Assembly: GCA_963761305.1 (NCBI GenBank) | Contig: CAVXGK010000002.1 | Span: forward strand, 768,001-832,000 | DNA: 64,000 bases | Reading direction: 5' to 3' | Source: an uncultured Gemmatimonadaceae bacterium | GTDB lineage: Bacteria > Gemmatimonadota > Gemmatimonadetes > Gemmatimonadales > Gemmatimonadaceae | In this document: piece by piece, positions 30,249 to 39,865 of the stretch | Position numbering within the stretch: the first letter of the stretch is position 1 | How the letters are laid out: each line of letters opens with the position of its first letter | Position numbers and translations under genes: made by a program | Notes under the pieces: model-generated | What the model was told of the DNA's origin: nothing | The model's database searches: none | What the model saw: only the letters and a program-made list of their open reading frames with translations

Positions 30249-31130
30249 AATTGACACCGCGTGCGCGTGAATTGACAGTGCGTGCACGGCGAATGGAACC
30301 GCGTGCGCAAACGGTGGACGACCGGCGTTGCCGGGTTGCACTAAACGCGGACGACTCCGACACCGCGCGCAAACGAACGCGCAGGTCGCCCGCACGCGAT
30401 GGAACGGCGCCGCTCGACGCTGGCACCCGACGCGGAACAGTTCACATTCGGTGCGCCGCGACTCGAGCCTGGCGTAGACCCAAGGCGACTCGGTGCCAGA
30501 GACGGCGCACTTCAATATTGGCGCGCGTCAACCAACGCACGACATCAGGGGCGTGCGTCGCGTCCGGCGGGATCGAACGCCGGCGCCGAGCGCAGTTCGG
30601 CAATCGCGACAGGGACTCGTGAACGGCCGATTGGGATGGCGTCTCGCGAGCGAACCGCGGTGACGGGCCGGCTGACACTCGTGCGAAATCGCCGGTCTTC
30701 ACCGTTTTGTCTCCTACGCGTCGGGGAAAATTCGTCGACCCCGGCAGAAAGTCCGGTGTTCGTCGGGGAAAGTCCGTCGTCCGCGGGGGAAGGTCGGCCG
30801 GCGAGGACCACAAATGTCCGGCCATCGACGCAAACCGTCCTGCCTGGTGCGGCCAGTGAGAAGTCGGCGGCGAATTCAACGCGGTCGGCGCGGGAAAAAT
30901 CGGCGTCCGTGGAAGCAAGTCTCGCGGCGACTCCTTCAAACACGTTCGACACGCGAATTAGTCGCGTGCTTCCAAGGAAATGGCAGCCCGCCCAAACGCG
31001 AACTTCGGCGTTCGGCCGCCCAAGTCAGCTCGACGCGGCAGAAAGTGTCCCTTCACGCCTTGAAACCGTGCTGGCCGAGGATCGAAGGTTGATCGGTCGC
31101 TCCCCAATGAGCGTGGCGGTTCGGTAAAGG
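30249..31130. repeat. Degenerate 21-bp-periodic tract
   Basis: AATTGACA units at 30249 and 30270; xxAA(G/A/C) motif in phase at most of 30684+21n up to 31125. Confidence 0.65.
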
Positions 31131-31254
31131 GGAGCACTCGCGGCGACAACCGGTTGGCGCGTGTCGCATAGCCCGCTCCCCACAGTAGCAATGCCGACGC
31201 GTCCCGAGTCGAGTCGGCTCGCCGCGTCGCCGAGACGGGCGCCTGACCGGGAAC

Positions 31255-32580
31255 TCAGGCAGCCGCCTGTGCCTCGCGCACCTGCTTGAGCCCGTTCTGA
31301 ATGAACCCGAACACCAGCAGCCACGCAACGACGCCGAGCGCGAGATACTTGGCGAAGAACGTCTCCGGAATCGGCGAGTTCCATGTCATGTGCATCACGA
31401 TGCAGATCCCGAGCACGCGCAGGAATCGCGGATCGGCGAACATCTCGCGCTTGAACGGTTGGTCGCCGCGCACACGCCAGAGCGCCGCACCGACGAGCCC
31501 CGTCCAGAGTACGTGTCCGCCCAACACCGACAACACACCGCGCTGAAAGATCGTGGCGCGCATGGCTTGGTCGCCGGTGCCCAACGCGCTGTTGAGCGCG
31601 TAGCCCGCCGATTCGAACACCGCGAACCCGGTGCCGACGGTCGCGCCGAACAGGAGGCCGTTCAACGTCCAGCGATAGCGTGGCCGTCGCACGACGAGCA
31701 ATAGCGCCGACGCCTTGCCGATTTCCTCGACGATCCCGGCGCCCGCCGCGCCGAGCCACGTGCCGATCCCCGTGAACTTGAAGCCGAACAGCGCGACGAC
31801 GATCGACACCAAGCCGCCGATGAGTGCCAGCCGCAGCACCTGGTACAGCGAGATGTTGCGCGGGACGTTCACCTCGAAGAAGAAAATCAGCAGCGAGAGC
31901 GGCACCGCCACCGAGCCGATCATGATCAGGCCCGGAATCAGGTTGATGTTGTCGAACTCCTGCCACGCCAGCACGAATCCGTAGTAGAGCGCGAGCGACA
32001 ACCCGAACACGCGCACGAAAACCCACGGCTTGGGCCACGTCGCGTCGATCGCGGCGAGCGGCGGCGTCGTCTTCGTCGTGCCGACGGTGAAGTACTCCTC
32101 GATGTCGTCGTCCGAGTGCGCCTTGGTGACGTCGGCGAACATCTCGCGCGGGCTCCAGTCGGTCGGCTTGTCCACGCCCGCCGCGTGGGTGAGCTGATCG
32201 CCGAGGAGATTGACGAATTCGCGCACGCCCGCCCCGCCGGCGTGATGCTGATGCGTCGTGATGGTGCTCCCGAGTTGCCAGACGGACCGGCCCAGGCGCA
32301 CCTGCTGGCCGGGGCCGAGCATCGCCTCGGTGACGGCGTGGCCGTCGACGTATGGGAGCGGCATGGAGAGCGCTCGCACGTGTGCGTGCCCGCCGACGAG
32401 CGAGAGCACGACGAAGCGGTCGCCCACGTCGGGGTCGTCGCTCAGCACGTTGCAGGCGATGTCGTGGCCGACGAGCAGCTCGGTCGTCGTGAGCGCGATC
32501 CGCTTCCCCTGATCGGGGCCGGAAATGCAACTGAAGAAAACGGGTGCAGCGGTCAGCGGGTCGAATCTGGTCGACGTCAT
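31255..32580 (-). CDS. PrsW-family intramembrane protease with an N-terminal FHA-like domain
   Basis: EEIGK, GTGFAVFE, GHVLWT and MHMTWN motifs; the N-terminus SGPDQGKRIAL...GQQVRLG fits an FHA-like fold. Confidence 0.85.
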   Translation of the reverse strand: MTSTRFDPLTAAPVFFSCISGPDQGKRIALTTTELLVGHDIACNVLSDDPDVGDRFVVLSLVGGHAHVRALSMPLPYVDGHAVTEAMLGPGQQVRLGRSVWQLGSTITTHQHHAGGAGVREFVNLLGDQLTHAAGVDKPTDWSPREMFADVTKAHSDDDIEEYFTVGTTKTTPPLAAIDATWPKPWVFVRVFGLSLALYYGFVLAWQEFDNINLIPGLIMIGSVAVPLSLLIFFFEVNVPRNISLYQVLRLALIGGLVSIVVALFGFKFTGIGTWLGAAGAGIVEEIGKASALLLVVRRPRYRWTLNGLLFGATVGTGFAVFESAGYALNSALGTGDQAMRATIFQRGVLSVLGGHVLWTGLVGAALWRVRGDQPFKREMFADPRFLRVLGICIVMHMTWNSPIPETFFAKYLALGVVAWLLVFGFIQNGLKQVREAQAAA

Positions 32581-32663
32581 ATGCGCCTCACCGGTCTGGC
32601 GGTCGCCCAATATGCGCTTGGAGCGGTTTTCGGCGCTACATGCGGTTCACCGGAGGTAGGACG

Positions 32664-33242
32664 TCATCGAGCGAGGGTGCACGGCGACGCGTGCGCCGGA
32701 GACGGCGCGCCGTACGACGAATGGATCAGCCGCACCGCCTTGCCGCCGTCATCGAGCACCAGCACGTAGAGGTTCGAGTACTCATACCCGCACACCTCGG
32801 GAATCGCGGGGCCGCCGAGCGCCTGAATGATCGGACCGACGGTCTCGCCGTGGCCCACGACGAGCACCGTCTTGCCGTGCTCGCGGCGCACGGCCTCGGC
32901 GACCGCCCGCGCGTGCTGCGCGATGTCGGTTCCATGCGGCACCGTGGTCGGCGTCAACCGACGCGCGTCGGCCAGGGGGCGAGCGGTCTCGCGCGATCGC
33001 CGCAACTCCGTGGTGATGATTGCCTCCACGTCAACGTCGGCGAGTGCGGCCGCCAACGCGTTCGCGCGCGCGACACCGGCCGCCGTCAGCGGCGGGTCGT
33101 CCTTGGGAATCGTGTCCTTGTCGGCGTGCCGCACGACGATGACGACCGTGGCCGCGCGCTGCGCGGAGGCGTCGCGATGCCAAAGAACGCCGAGGACGAG
33201 ACCGAGGACGAGACCGAGAACGAGCCGGCTGCGAAGGCGCAT
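32664..33242 (-). CDS. Exported histidine phosphatase family protein
   Basis: Signal peptide; VRHADK, LTAAG, RSRETA and VVGH motifs. Confidence 0.85.
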   Translation of the reverse strand: MRLRSRLVLGLVLGLVLGVLWHRDASAQRAATVVIVVRHADKDTIPKDDPPLTAAGVARANALAAALADVDVEAIITTELRRSRETARPLADARRLTPTTVPHGTDIAQHARAVAEAVRREHGKTVLVVGHGETVGPIIQALGGPAIPEVCGYEYSNLYVLVLDDGGKAVRLIHSSYGAPSPAHASPCTLAR

Positions 33243-33298
33243 GGGAGAGGGCGACGAGGTGGGGACGTCACACTATAAGTCCCGTGAGGCACGAACGC

Positions 33299-33327
33299 TT
33301 GAACGGCTTTTCACTGCGGCATAGCTT
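33299..33327 (+). promoter_or_regulatory. Promoter TTGAAC-N17-TAGCTT for icd
   Basis: Box match with 17-nt spacer. Confidence 0.5.
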
Positions 33328-33362
33328 TCGCCGGCTCGATCCATTCAGCCTTTCACAACGTC

Positions 33363-34610
33363 ATGGCGACATACAAGCTCGCGACCGTCCCGTCGGCCGG
33401 CGAACGCATTGCATACGAACGCGGCGTCCTCAAAGTGCCGGACCATCCGATCATCCCGTACGTCGAAGGCGACGGGACGGGGGCCGACATCTGGCGCGCC
33501 TCGGTGCGCGTCTTCGACGCGGCGGTGGAGAAGGCCTACGGCGGCCAGCGGCGCGTCTCGTGGATGGAAGTCTTCGCCGGCGAGAAGGCGTTCACCGCCT
33601 ACCAGGACTGGCTGCCCCAGGAGACCGTGGACGCGATGCAGGAATTTCGCGTCTCCATCAAAGGGCCGCTCACCACGCCGGTCGGCGGCGGCATCCGGTC
33701 GCTGAACGTCACGCTGCGCCAGGTCCTCGACCTCTACGCCTGCATCCGCCCCGTGCGGTGGTTCGAGGGCGTCGGCAGCCCGATGAAGGATCCGGGAAAG
33801 CTCGACATCGTCGTTTTCCGCGAGAACACGGAAGACGTGTACGCCGGCATCGAGTGGAAGGCCGGCTCGCCCGAGGCCGAGAAGCTTCGGCTGTTCATCG
33901 AGCGCGAGTTCAAGAAGTCGATCCGTCCAGAATCGGCGATCGGCATCAAGCCGATGTCGGCCTTCGGATCGAAGCGCCTGATCGAGATGGCGATTCGCTA
34001 TGCGCTCCAACGCGACAAGCCGTCGGTGACGTTGATGCACAAGGGCAACATCATGAAGTTCACCGAGGGGGCGTTCCGCGACTGGGGCTACGAGCTGGCC
34101 CATGACAAGTTCGGCGAGAGCGTCGTGGCCGAGTCGGAGCTGGCGAAGGGCGGAGCGAACGCGCGCGCCGACGCGGTCATCCTCAAGGATCGCATCGCCG
34201 ACTCGATGTTCCAGCAGCTGCTGCTGCGCCCCGATGAGTATTCCGTGATCGCGACGCCGAACCTGAACGGCGACTACATCTCCGACGCCGCGGCGGCGCA
34301 GGTGGGCGGGCTCGGTATCGCGCCGGGCGGCAACGTCGGCGACGGCGTCGCCGTGTTCGAGGCGACGCACGGCACGGCGCCCAAGTACGCGAACCAGGAC
34401 AAGATCAATCCGGGAAGCGTCATCCTCTCGGGTGTGATGATGTTCGAATACATGGGCTGGAACGAAGCGGGCGTGCTCATCACGCGCGGGCTCGAGAACG
34501 CCATCAAGTCGAAACGCGTGACGTACGACCTCGCACGCCAGATGCCGGGTTCGACCGAGGTGTCGACGACGGCGTTCGGGGATCAAATCATAAAAGGAAT
34601 GACGGCATGA
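33363..34610 (+). CDS. icd: NADP-dependent isocitrate dehydrogenase
   Basis: [39 protein letters not shown] and [10 protein letters not shown] motifs. Confidence 0.97.
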   Translation: MATYKLATVPSAGERIAYERGVLKVPDHPIIPYVEGDGTGADIWRASVRVFDAAVEKAYGGQRRVSWMEVFAGEKAFTAYQDWLPQETVDAMQEFRVSIKGPLTTPVGGGIRSLNVTLRQVLDLYACIRPVRWFEGVGSPMKDPGKLDIVVFRENTEDVYAGIEWKAGSPEAEKLRLFIEREFKKSIRPESAIGIKPMSAFGSKRLIEMAIRYALQRDKPSVTLMHKGNIMKFTEGAFRDWGYELAHDKFGESVVAESELAKGGANARADAVILKDRIADSMFQQLLLRPDEYSVIATPNLNGDYISDAAAAQVGGLGIAPGGNVGDGVAVFEATHGTAPKYANQDKINPGSVILSGVMMFEYMGWNEAGVLITRGLENAIKSKRVTYDLARQMPGSTEVSTTAFGDQIIKGMTA

Positions 34611-34635
34611 CGACGACGCGGACTGCCGCACTCAC

Positions 34636-36114
34636 ATGAAACCAGCGATCTCCGGCGCCGCACCCGACTTCGGAACGCTCGACGTTCCGCTGCTCGTCAT
34701 CGCACTGGCCTCGTCGCCGACGCTCGCGTCGGACCTCGCGCCCGTCGACGCCGCGACGAATGGCGCGCTCGGGCGCGCCATTTCGCGACGCGACTTTCGC
34801 GGCGGCCGCGACGAGACGCTGCACCTCGCCGGCGGAGAGCGCGGAGTTCAGCGCGTGCTGCTCGTCGGCATGGGCACGGTCTCCGACCGCACCAACTCGA
34901 TTCGCCGCGCCGGCGCCATCGCGGCGCGCCAGGCGTCGCGCCTGGGCGTCGGACGTCTCGCGTTCTACGCCGGCGCGGTGAGCGCGACCGAGGTCGAGGC
35001 GGCGGGCGTCGGGCTCGGCATCGGCGCGTGGGACTTCAAGGAGATGAAGACCGCGCCCCCCGCGGATGAACAGCGCGCTCCGCTCGACGAGGTCGTGCTC
35101 CTCGCCGCCGACGCCAACGCGCGCGCGACCGGCGCGCGCGCCGCGACAGCGCTCGGTGAAGGGCTGGCGCTCGCGCGCCGGCTCGGAATGCTGCCGGGCA
35201 ACGTCTGCACGCCCGACTATCTCGCCGACACGGCGCGCGACATCGCCAAGCGGCTCGGCATGCAGACCACCGTTATGGGCCGCGCCGCGATGCAGGAAGC
35301 GAAAATGGGATCGTTCCTCGCCGTCGCGCAGGGGACGACGCAGGAGCCGCGGCTCATCATCCTCGAGTACAAGAAAGGTCCCAAGGACGCGAAGCCGGTC
35401 GTGCTCGTGGGCAAGGGACTCTGCTTCGACTCGGGCGGCATCTCGATCAAGCCGGCGCAGGGCATGGAGTGGATGAAGTTCGACATGTGCGGCGCGGCCG
35501 GCGTGCTCGGTGCCATGGAAGCGATCGGCCGATTGGAACTTCCGATCAACGTCGTGGGTCTCATTGGCTCGACGACCAACATGCCGTCGGGCGAGGCGAT
35601 GAAGCCGGGCGACGTCGTTCAGGCGTCGAACGGAAAGTTCATCGAGATCATCAACACCGACGCCGAAGGACGGCTGGTGCTCGCCGACGTTCTGGCGTTC
35701 GCCAAGCGGATGTCACCCGCCGCGGTGATCGACGCGGCGACGTTGACCGGCGCCTGCGTGATCGCGCTCGGGCACACAGCGACGGGCGTGATGGGCAATC
35801 AAGAACCGCTGGTTCAGGAAGTGTTGGACGCGGCAAAGCGCGCCGGAGAACCCGGCTGGCCGCTGCCGCTGTGGGACGAGTACAAGGACCTGATCAAGTC
35901 CGACGTGGCCGATATCAAGAATTCCGGCGGACGTCCCGCCGGCACCATCACGGCCGCATTGTTCCTCAAGGAATTCGCCGACGACTATCCATGGGTGCAT
36001 CTCGACATCGCCGGAACCGCGTACACCGAGTCGGATCTCGGCACGGTTCCGCGCGGGCCGACGGGCGTGCCCGTAGGAACGTTCGTCGAATTCGTGCGGG
36101 GGCGCGCGCGCTGA
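34636..36114 (+). CDS. pepA: Leucyl aminopeptidase (M17)
   Basis: GKGLCFDSGG, MKFDM, NTDAEGRL and HLDIAG motifs. Confidence 0.96.
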   Translation: MKPAISGAAPDFGTLDVPLLVIALASSPTLASDLAPVDAATNGALGRAISRRDFRGGRDETLHLAGGERGVQRVLLVGMGTVSDRTNSIRRAGAIAARQASRLGVGRLAFYAGAVSATEVEAAGVGLGIGAWDFKEMKTAPPADEQRAPLDEVVLLAADANARATGARAATALGEGLALARRLGMLPGNVCTPDYLADTARDIAKRLGMQTTVMGRAAMQEAKMGSFLAVAQGTTQEPRLIILEYKKGPKDAKPVVLVGKGLCFDSGGISIKPAQGMEWMKFDMCGAAGVLGAMEAIGRLELPINVVGLIGSTTNMPSGEAMKPGDVVQASNGKFIEIINTDAEGRLVLADVLAFAKRMSPAAVIDAATLTGACVIALGHTATGVMGNQEPLVQEVLDAAKRAGEPGWPLPLWDEYKDLIKSDVADIKNSGGRPAGTITAALFLKEFADDYPWVHLDIAGTAYTESDLGTVPRGPTGVPVGTFVEFVRGRAR

Positions 36115-36122
36115 GCCGTTCG

Positions 36123-38051
36123 ATGCACCGCATGATGCTGGTCATCGGCCTCGGCCTGTTGGCCGGGGCCGTTTTTCACGCTCCGGCCGGCGCGCAGGTG
36201 ATCGACACGATCAAACCCAAGGTGCCGCTGCCCCCGGACAGTCTGCACCGCCTGCTCACGCGCGCCGATACAGTGCGCGACAGCATCTACAAGGCCGACT
36301 CGACGCGCCGCGCGCGAATTCGAGCCGACAGCATCAAGTCGCCGATCGCCCACGCCGAGAGTCCGCCGGAATACTCGATCGGGCGACGCCTGTACTGGTC
36401 GCGCGACTCGGTGTTCGCGTCGGGCGCGCTCACCGTGGCCGACCTCCTGGAGCGCGTGGTCGGCATCTCGACATACCGCGGCGGATGGTTGCCGCCGCCG
36501 CAGGTCGCGTCGTATCTCGGAGACGTCCGGCGCGTGCGCGTGTTCTACGACGGAGCCGAGCAGATCTCGCTCGATCCGCGAACCAGCGGCGTACCCGACC
36601 TCACCCAGATCAACCTCTGGTCCGTCGAAGACGCGACCATCGAGCAGTCGGCCGACGAAGTGCGCGTGTACCTGCGGAGTTGGCGAGTCCGCAACACGCA
36701 TCCGGAAACGCGCACCGACGTCTCGACCGGCGATCAGTCGACGAATCTTTATCGCGGCTTCTTCGGCGCGCGGTCGAACGACGGCGCCGCCTTCCAGTTC
36801 GGAGCGCAGCAGTACGGCACGACGCCGCCCGCGCAGTTCGGGAACAGCAGCGATCAAGTCGGCATCATGGTGCGCACCGGGTGGGCGAAGCAGAAGTGGA
36901 GCATCGACGCGTTCGGGCAACGCGTGGGCCGCCATCGCGGTACGATCATCGGCGAGCAGGCGCTCGACGTGCAGGGGGATTCGCTTCCGGAAACTTCATC
37001 GTCGCGCACCGACGCCTACGTTCGCGTCGCCTATGGCGATCCGGACATCGACAAGGCCTGGGGCCAAGTGATGGCGGTGGCGTCGCAGTACCGGTACACG
37101 GGATTTCGGTCGCAGCTCGCCCAATTCCCGACGACTCCGGCCGAGTCGGCGTTGGCGATCGCGTCGCTGGACACCAACAAGTACTTGAAGCAGTACATCG
37201 CGACGGCGGGAACGGTGCAGGGCTACTTCCACGCCAGCGCCACGGCCCGCGTGTTCGCTTCGGCGGGACAAACGCTGTTCACGCCATCGGCTCGGGCCAA
37301 TTTCACGACCGGAATCGTCGACATCTCGGCGTTCGCCGAAGGGAAAAGCACCGACTCCACGGCGCGCGCCGACGTCTCGTTCCGCCTCATGCCGCTCCCG
37401 TTCATCTCGCTGCTCGGCAGCGCCGCCCGCTCGATCGACTACGACGTGCCCGGCGTGCTCGGCCCGACGGGCATTTTGGGCCAGACCAACGTCACCACGA
37501 CCTACCTGCGCGGCGAAGCAGGGCTGCGGCTCGCGGGACTGTGGTTCATCGGCGGCGTGCTGCGGCGCGACAGCGTGCGTCTCGCGCCGGCGATCGAATT
37601 CGACTCGAGCTTCATCGTGCAGCGCGCGCCGGGGGCGACGGGCTACGAGGCGGCGATACGCGGGCACATCTGGGGCCCGCTTCAGGCCGACGCGTGGGGC
37701 ATTCGATGGAACGACTCGACGGGCGCGTATCGGCCGCAGTATCAGACGCGCGCCGAGCTCTTCATCCGCACGAACCTGATCGACAGGTTCCCGTCGAACG
37801 ACTTTGGTCTTGTCGCGTCGCTCGTCCACGAGTACCGGTCGGAAGTCCAGTTTCCGTCGCTCATCTCGAACCAGCCGGCGATCGGAACAGGATACCGGAC
37901 ACTGACGTCGCTCCTCGAGATTCGGATTCTGAGCGCCACGATCTCGTGGCAGTTCCGGAACATGCTGGGAGAGCGCTACTCGGAGATCGGCGGGTTCATC
38001 ATGCCACGGCAGACGAATTTCTACGGCATACGCTGGTCATTCGTCGATTGA
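36123..38051 (+). CDS. Outer-membrane protein with a plug-like N-domain and putative beta-barrel
   Basis: Signal peptide; GALTVADLLERVVG plug-like motif; amphipathic strands; C-terminal YGIRWSFVD. Confidence 0.72.
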   Translation: MHRMMLVIGLGLLAGAVFHAPAGAQVIDTIKPKVPLPPDSLHRLLTRADTVRDSIYKADSTRRARIRADSIKSPIAHAESPPEYSIGRRLYWSRDSVFASGALTVADLLERVVGISTYRGGWLPPPQVASYLGDVRRVRVFYDGAEQISLDPRTSGVPDLTQINLWSVEDATIEQSADEVRVYLRSWRVRNTHPETRTDVSTGDQSTNLYRGFFGARSNDGAAFQFGAQQYGTTPPAQFGNSSDQVGIMVRTGWAKQKWSIDAFGQRVGRHRGTIIGEQALDVQGDSLPETSSSRTDAYVRVAYGDPDIDKAWGQVMAVASQYRYTGFRSQLAQFPTTPAESALAIASLDTNKYLKQYIATAGTVQGYFHASATARVFASAGQTLFTPSARANFTTGIVDISAFAEGKSTDSTARADVSFRLMPLPFISLLGSAARSIDYDVPGVLGPTGILGQTNVTTTYLRGEAGLRLAGLWFIGGVLRRDSVRLAPAIEFDSSFIVQRAPGATGYEAAIRGHIWGPLQADAWGIRWNDSTGAYRPQYQTRAELFIRTNLIDRFPSNDFGLVASLVHEYRSEVQFPSLISNQPAIGTGYRTLTSLLEIRILSATISWQFRNMLGERYSEIGGFIMPRQTNFYGIRWSFVD

Positions 38052-38077
38052 CAAATCTTCTTGTCAGTCCGTAGTTT
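38048..38077 (+). promoter_or_regulatory. Promoter TTGACA-N18-TAGTTT for the yicC operon
   Basis: Perfect -35 box. Confidence 0.6.
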
Positions 38078-38089
38078 CGGCCCTGCGAT

Positions 38090-38959
38090 ATGATAAAAAG
38101 CATGACGGGCTTCGGAGCGGCGGACGGCGAGGTCGGCGGCGCGCGGGTGTCCGTCGAAATTCGCTCGGTCAATCATCGTTTCTTCAATCCGTCGATCAAG
38201 CTGCCGGTCGAGCTGAGCCGCTGGGAGCCTGAGGTGCGCGAGGCGATGCGCCGCGGTGTCGCGCGCGGCCACGTATCGCTCACGGCGCGGCTCGCCCGGC
38301 ACGAAGCCGAGGGCACGATCGACGAAGCGCGATTCGGCAGCTACGTGGATCAGATCCGCCGGCTCCAGCAGCGTTTCGCTCTCGAGGGCGCGATCGACGC
38401 CGCGTCGGTGCTGCGTCTTCCACACGTCGTGGCCGCTCCGGCGGACGACACGGCGGGAACCGCGGACGAGTTGGTGAAGATCGTCGATCGCGCGATGCAA
38501 ACGCTCGACACGATGCGCTCAGTTGAAGGAGCGCGACTCACCGGATACGTCGGAGCACGCCTCGGCCTGATCGAGCAGGCGGTGGAGCGCATCGCCGCGC
38601 GTGCGCCGCAGCGTCTCATCGAACAGCGCGATCGGTTGCGTCTGGCCGTGCAGGAACTGGCGGCCGGGGTGGCGATCGACGAGCAGCGAATCGCGCAGGA
38701 GATCGCCGTGCTCGCCGACCGGCTGGACGTGTCGGAGGAGATCAGCCGATTTCACACGCACGTGGCGGCCGTTCGGAACACGCTGGCCGCGCCGCCGACC
38801 GACGGCGTCGGGAAGCGGCTCGGATTTCTCTTGCAGGAGCTGCTCCGCGAAGCCAATACAACGGGCAGCAAGGCGAACGACGCGGCGATCGTGCAGGACG
38901 TCGTACTGATCAAGGAGGAGCTGGAGAAAATCCGCGAGCAGGCGGAGAACCTCGAGTGA
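38090..38959 (+). CDS. yicC: YicC/YloC family endoribonuclease
   Basis: MIKSMTGFG, EIRSVNHRF and REANTTGSK motifs. Confidence 0.95.
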   Translation: MIKSMTGFGAADGEVGGARVSVEIRSVNHRFFNPSIKLPVELSRWEPEVREAMRRGVARGHVSLTARLARHEAEGTIDEARFGSYVDQIRRLQQRFALEGAIDAASVLRLPHVVAAPADDTAGTADELVKIVDRAMQTLDTMRSVEGARLTGYVGARLGLIEQAVERIAARAPQRLIEQRDRLRLAVQELAAGVAIDEQRIAQEIAVLADRLDVSEEISRFHTHVAAVRNTLAAPPTDGVGKRLGFLLQELLREANTTGSKANDAAIVQDVVLIKEELEKIREQAENLE

Positions 38960-39651
38960 CCCAGTACGAGCACCGCGAGGGCGACGACGACAGCGGCGCG
39001 TGGGGGCAGGTGATCTTCCCGATCATCCTGTCGTCGCCGTCGGGAGGCGGAAAGACCACGATCGCGCATCGGTTGCTGGCCCAGCGAACCGACGTCGGCT
39101 ATTCGGTGTCGTGCACGACCCGCGCGCCTCGCCCCAAAGAGCAGGACGGGGTGGACTACCACTTCCTCACCCGCGACGAGTTCCTCGAGCGACGCCGGCT
39201 TGGCGAGTTCATCGAATCGGCTGAGGTGCATGGCAACCTCTACGGCACGCTCCGGCGGGAGATCTCGCGCGTGCTGGCCGCGGGCCGGCACGTCATCATG
39301 GACATCGACGTGCAGGGCGCCCGGCAGATCCGCGACAGCTTTCCGACGGCCGTAAGTGTATTTCTTCTACCGCCTTCTGCCGACGTCCTCCTGGAACGCC
39401 TGAGGCGCCGTCACACCGAGTCCCCCGCGCAGCTCGTCGATAGATTACATTCTGCTCTCCACGAGCTGCGAGCCGTCAACGAGTATCAGTACGTCGTCAT
39501 CAATGACGACCTCGAGCAGGCGGTCGCGCGCGTGGGGGCGATCCTGGACGCCGAAGTCGTGAGCCGGGAACGGATCTTCGGATTGCAGCGCAAGGTCGAG
39601 CAGCTCGTCGGGCGGCTCGAATCGGAAATACAACGCCATTCAACGGGTTGA
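38956..39651 (+). CDS. gmk: Guanylate kinase
   Basis: SSPSGGGKTT, TTRAPR, DGVDYHF and YGT motifs. The start may be the GTG at 39010. Confidence 0.96.
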   Translation: MTQYEHREGDDDSGAWGQVIFPIILSSPSGGGKTTIAHRLLAQRTDVGYSVSCTTRAPRPKEQDGVDYHFLTRDEFLERRRLGEFIESAEVHGNLYGTLRREISRVLAAGRHVIMDIDVQGARQIRDSFPTAVSVFLLPPSADVLLERLRRRHTESPAQLVDRLHSALHELRAVNEYQYVVINDDLEQAVARVGAILDAEVVSRERIFGLQRKVEQLVGRLESEIQRHSTG

Positions 39652-39655
39652 TCGA

Positions 39656-39865
39656 ATGCGGGTCTTTACGCCGGACGAAATCGCGGGTCACGCCGCGAAC
39701 AAGTACCTGGGAGTGCTCGTCGCCGCGAAGTATGCGCGCGTGCTGAACGAGTTCCCGCGCGACCGTTCGTCGTCGCGCGAAAAGAAGCTCACCACGCGCT
39801 CGCTCGAAGAGCTGGCGAAGGGTGACATCGAGTACCACGTCGTCCCGCGGCGACGCGCCGAGTAG
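39656..39865 (+). CDS. rpoZ: RNA polymerase omega subunit
   Basis: NKYLGVLVAAKYAR; sits in the gmk-rpoZ-coaBC order. Confidence 0.88.
   Translation: MRVFTPDEIAGHAANKYLGVLVAAKYARVLNEFPRDRSSSREKKLTTRSLEELAKGDIEYHVVPRRRAE

Noticed and set aside
30215..31250. CRISPR array or genuine CDS (ORFs 30245, 30399, 30442, 30545)
   Set aside because: No identical repeats with unique spacers and no cas genes. The ORFs have atypical codons and no recognisable motifs.
33189..33224. 12-nt repeat CCGAGGACGAGA x3
   Set aside because: It encodes the LVLG repeats in the signal peptide of the histidine phosphatase. It is in frame and needs no further explanation.
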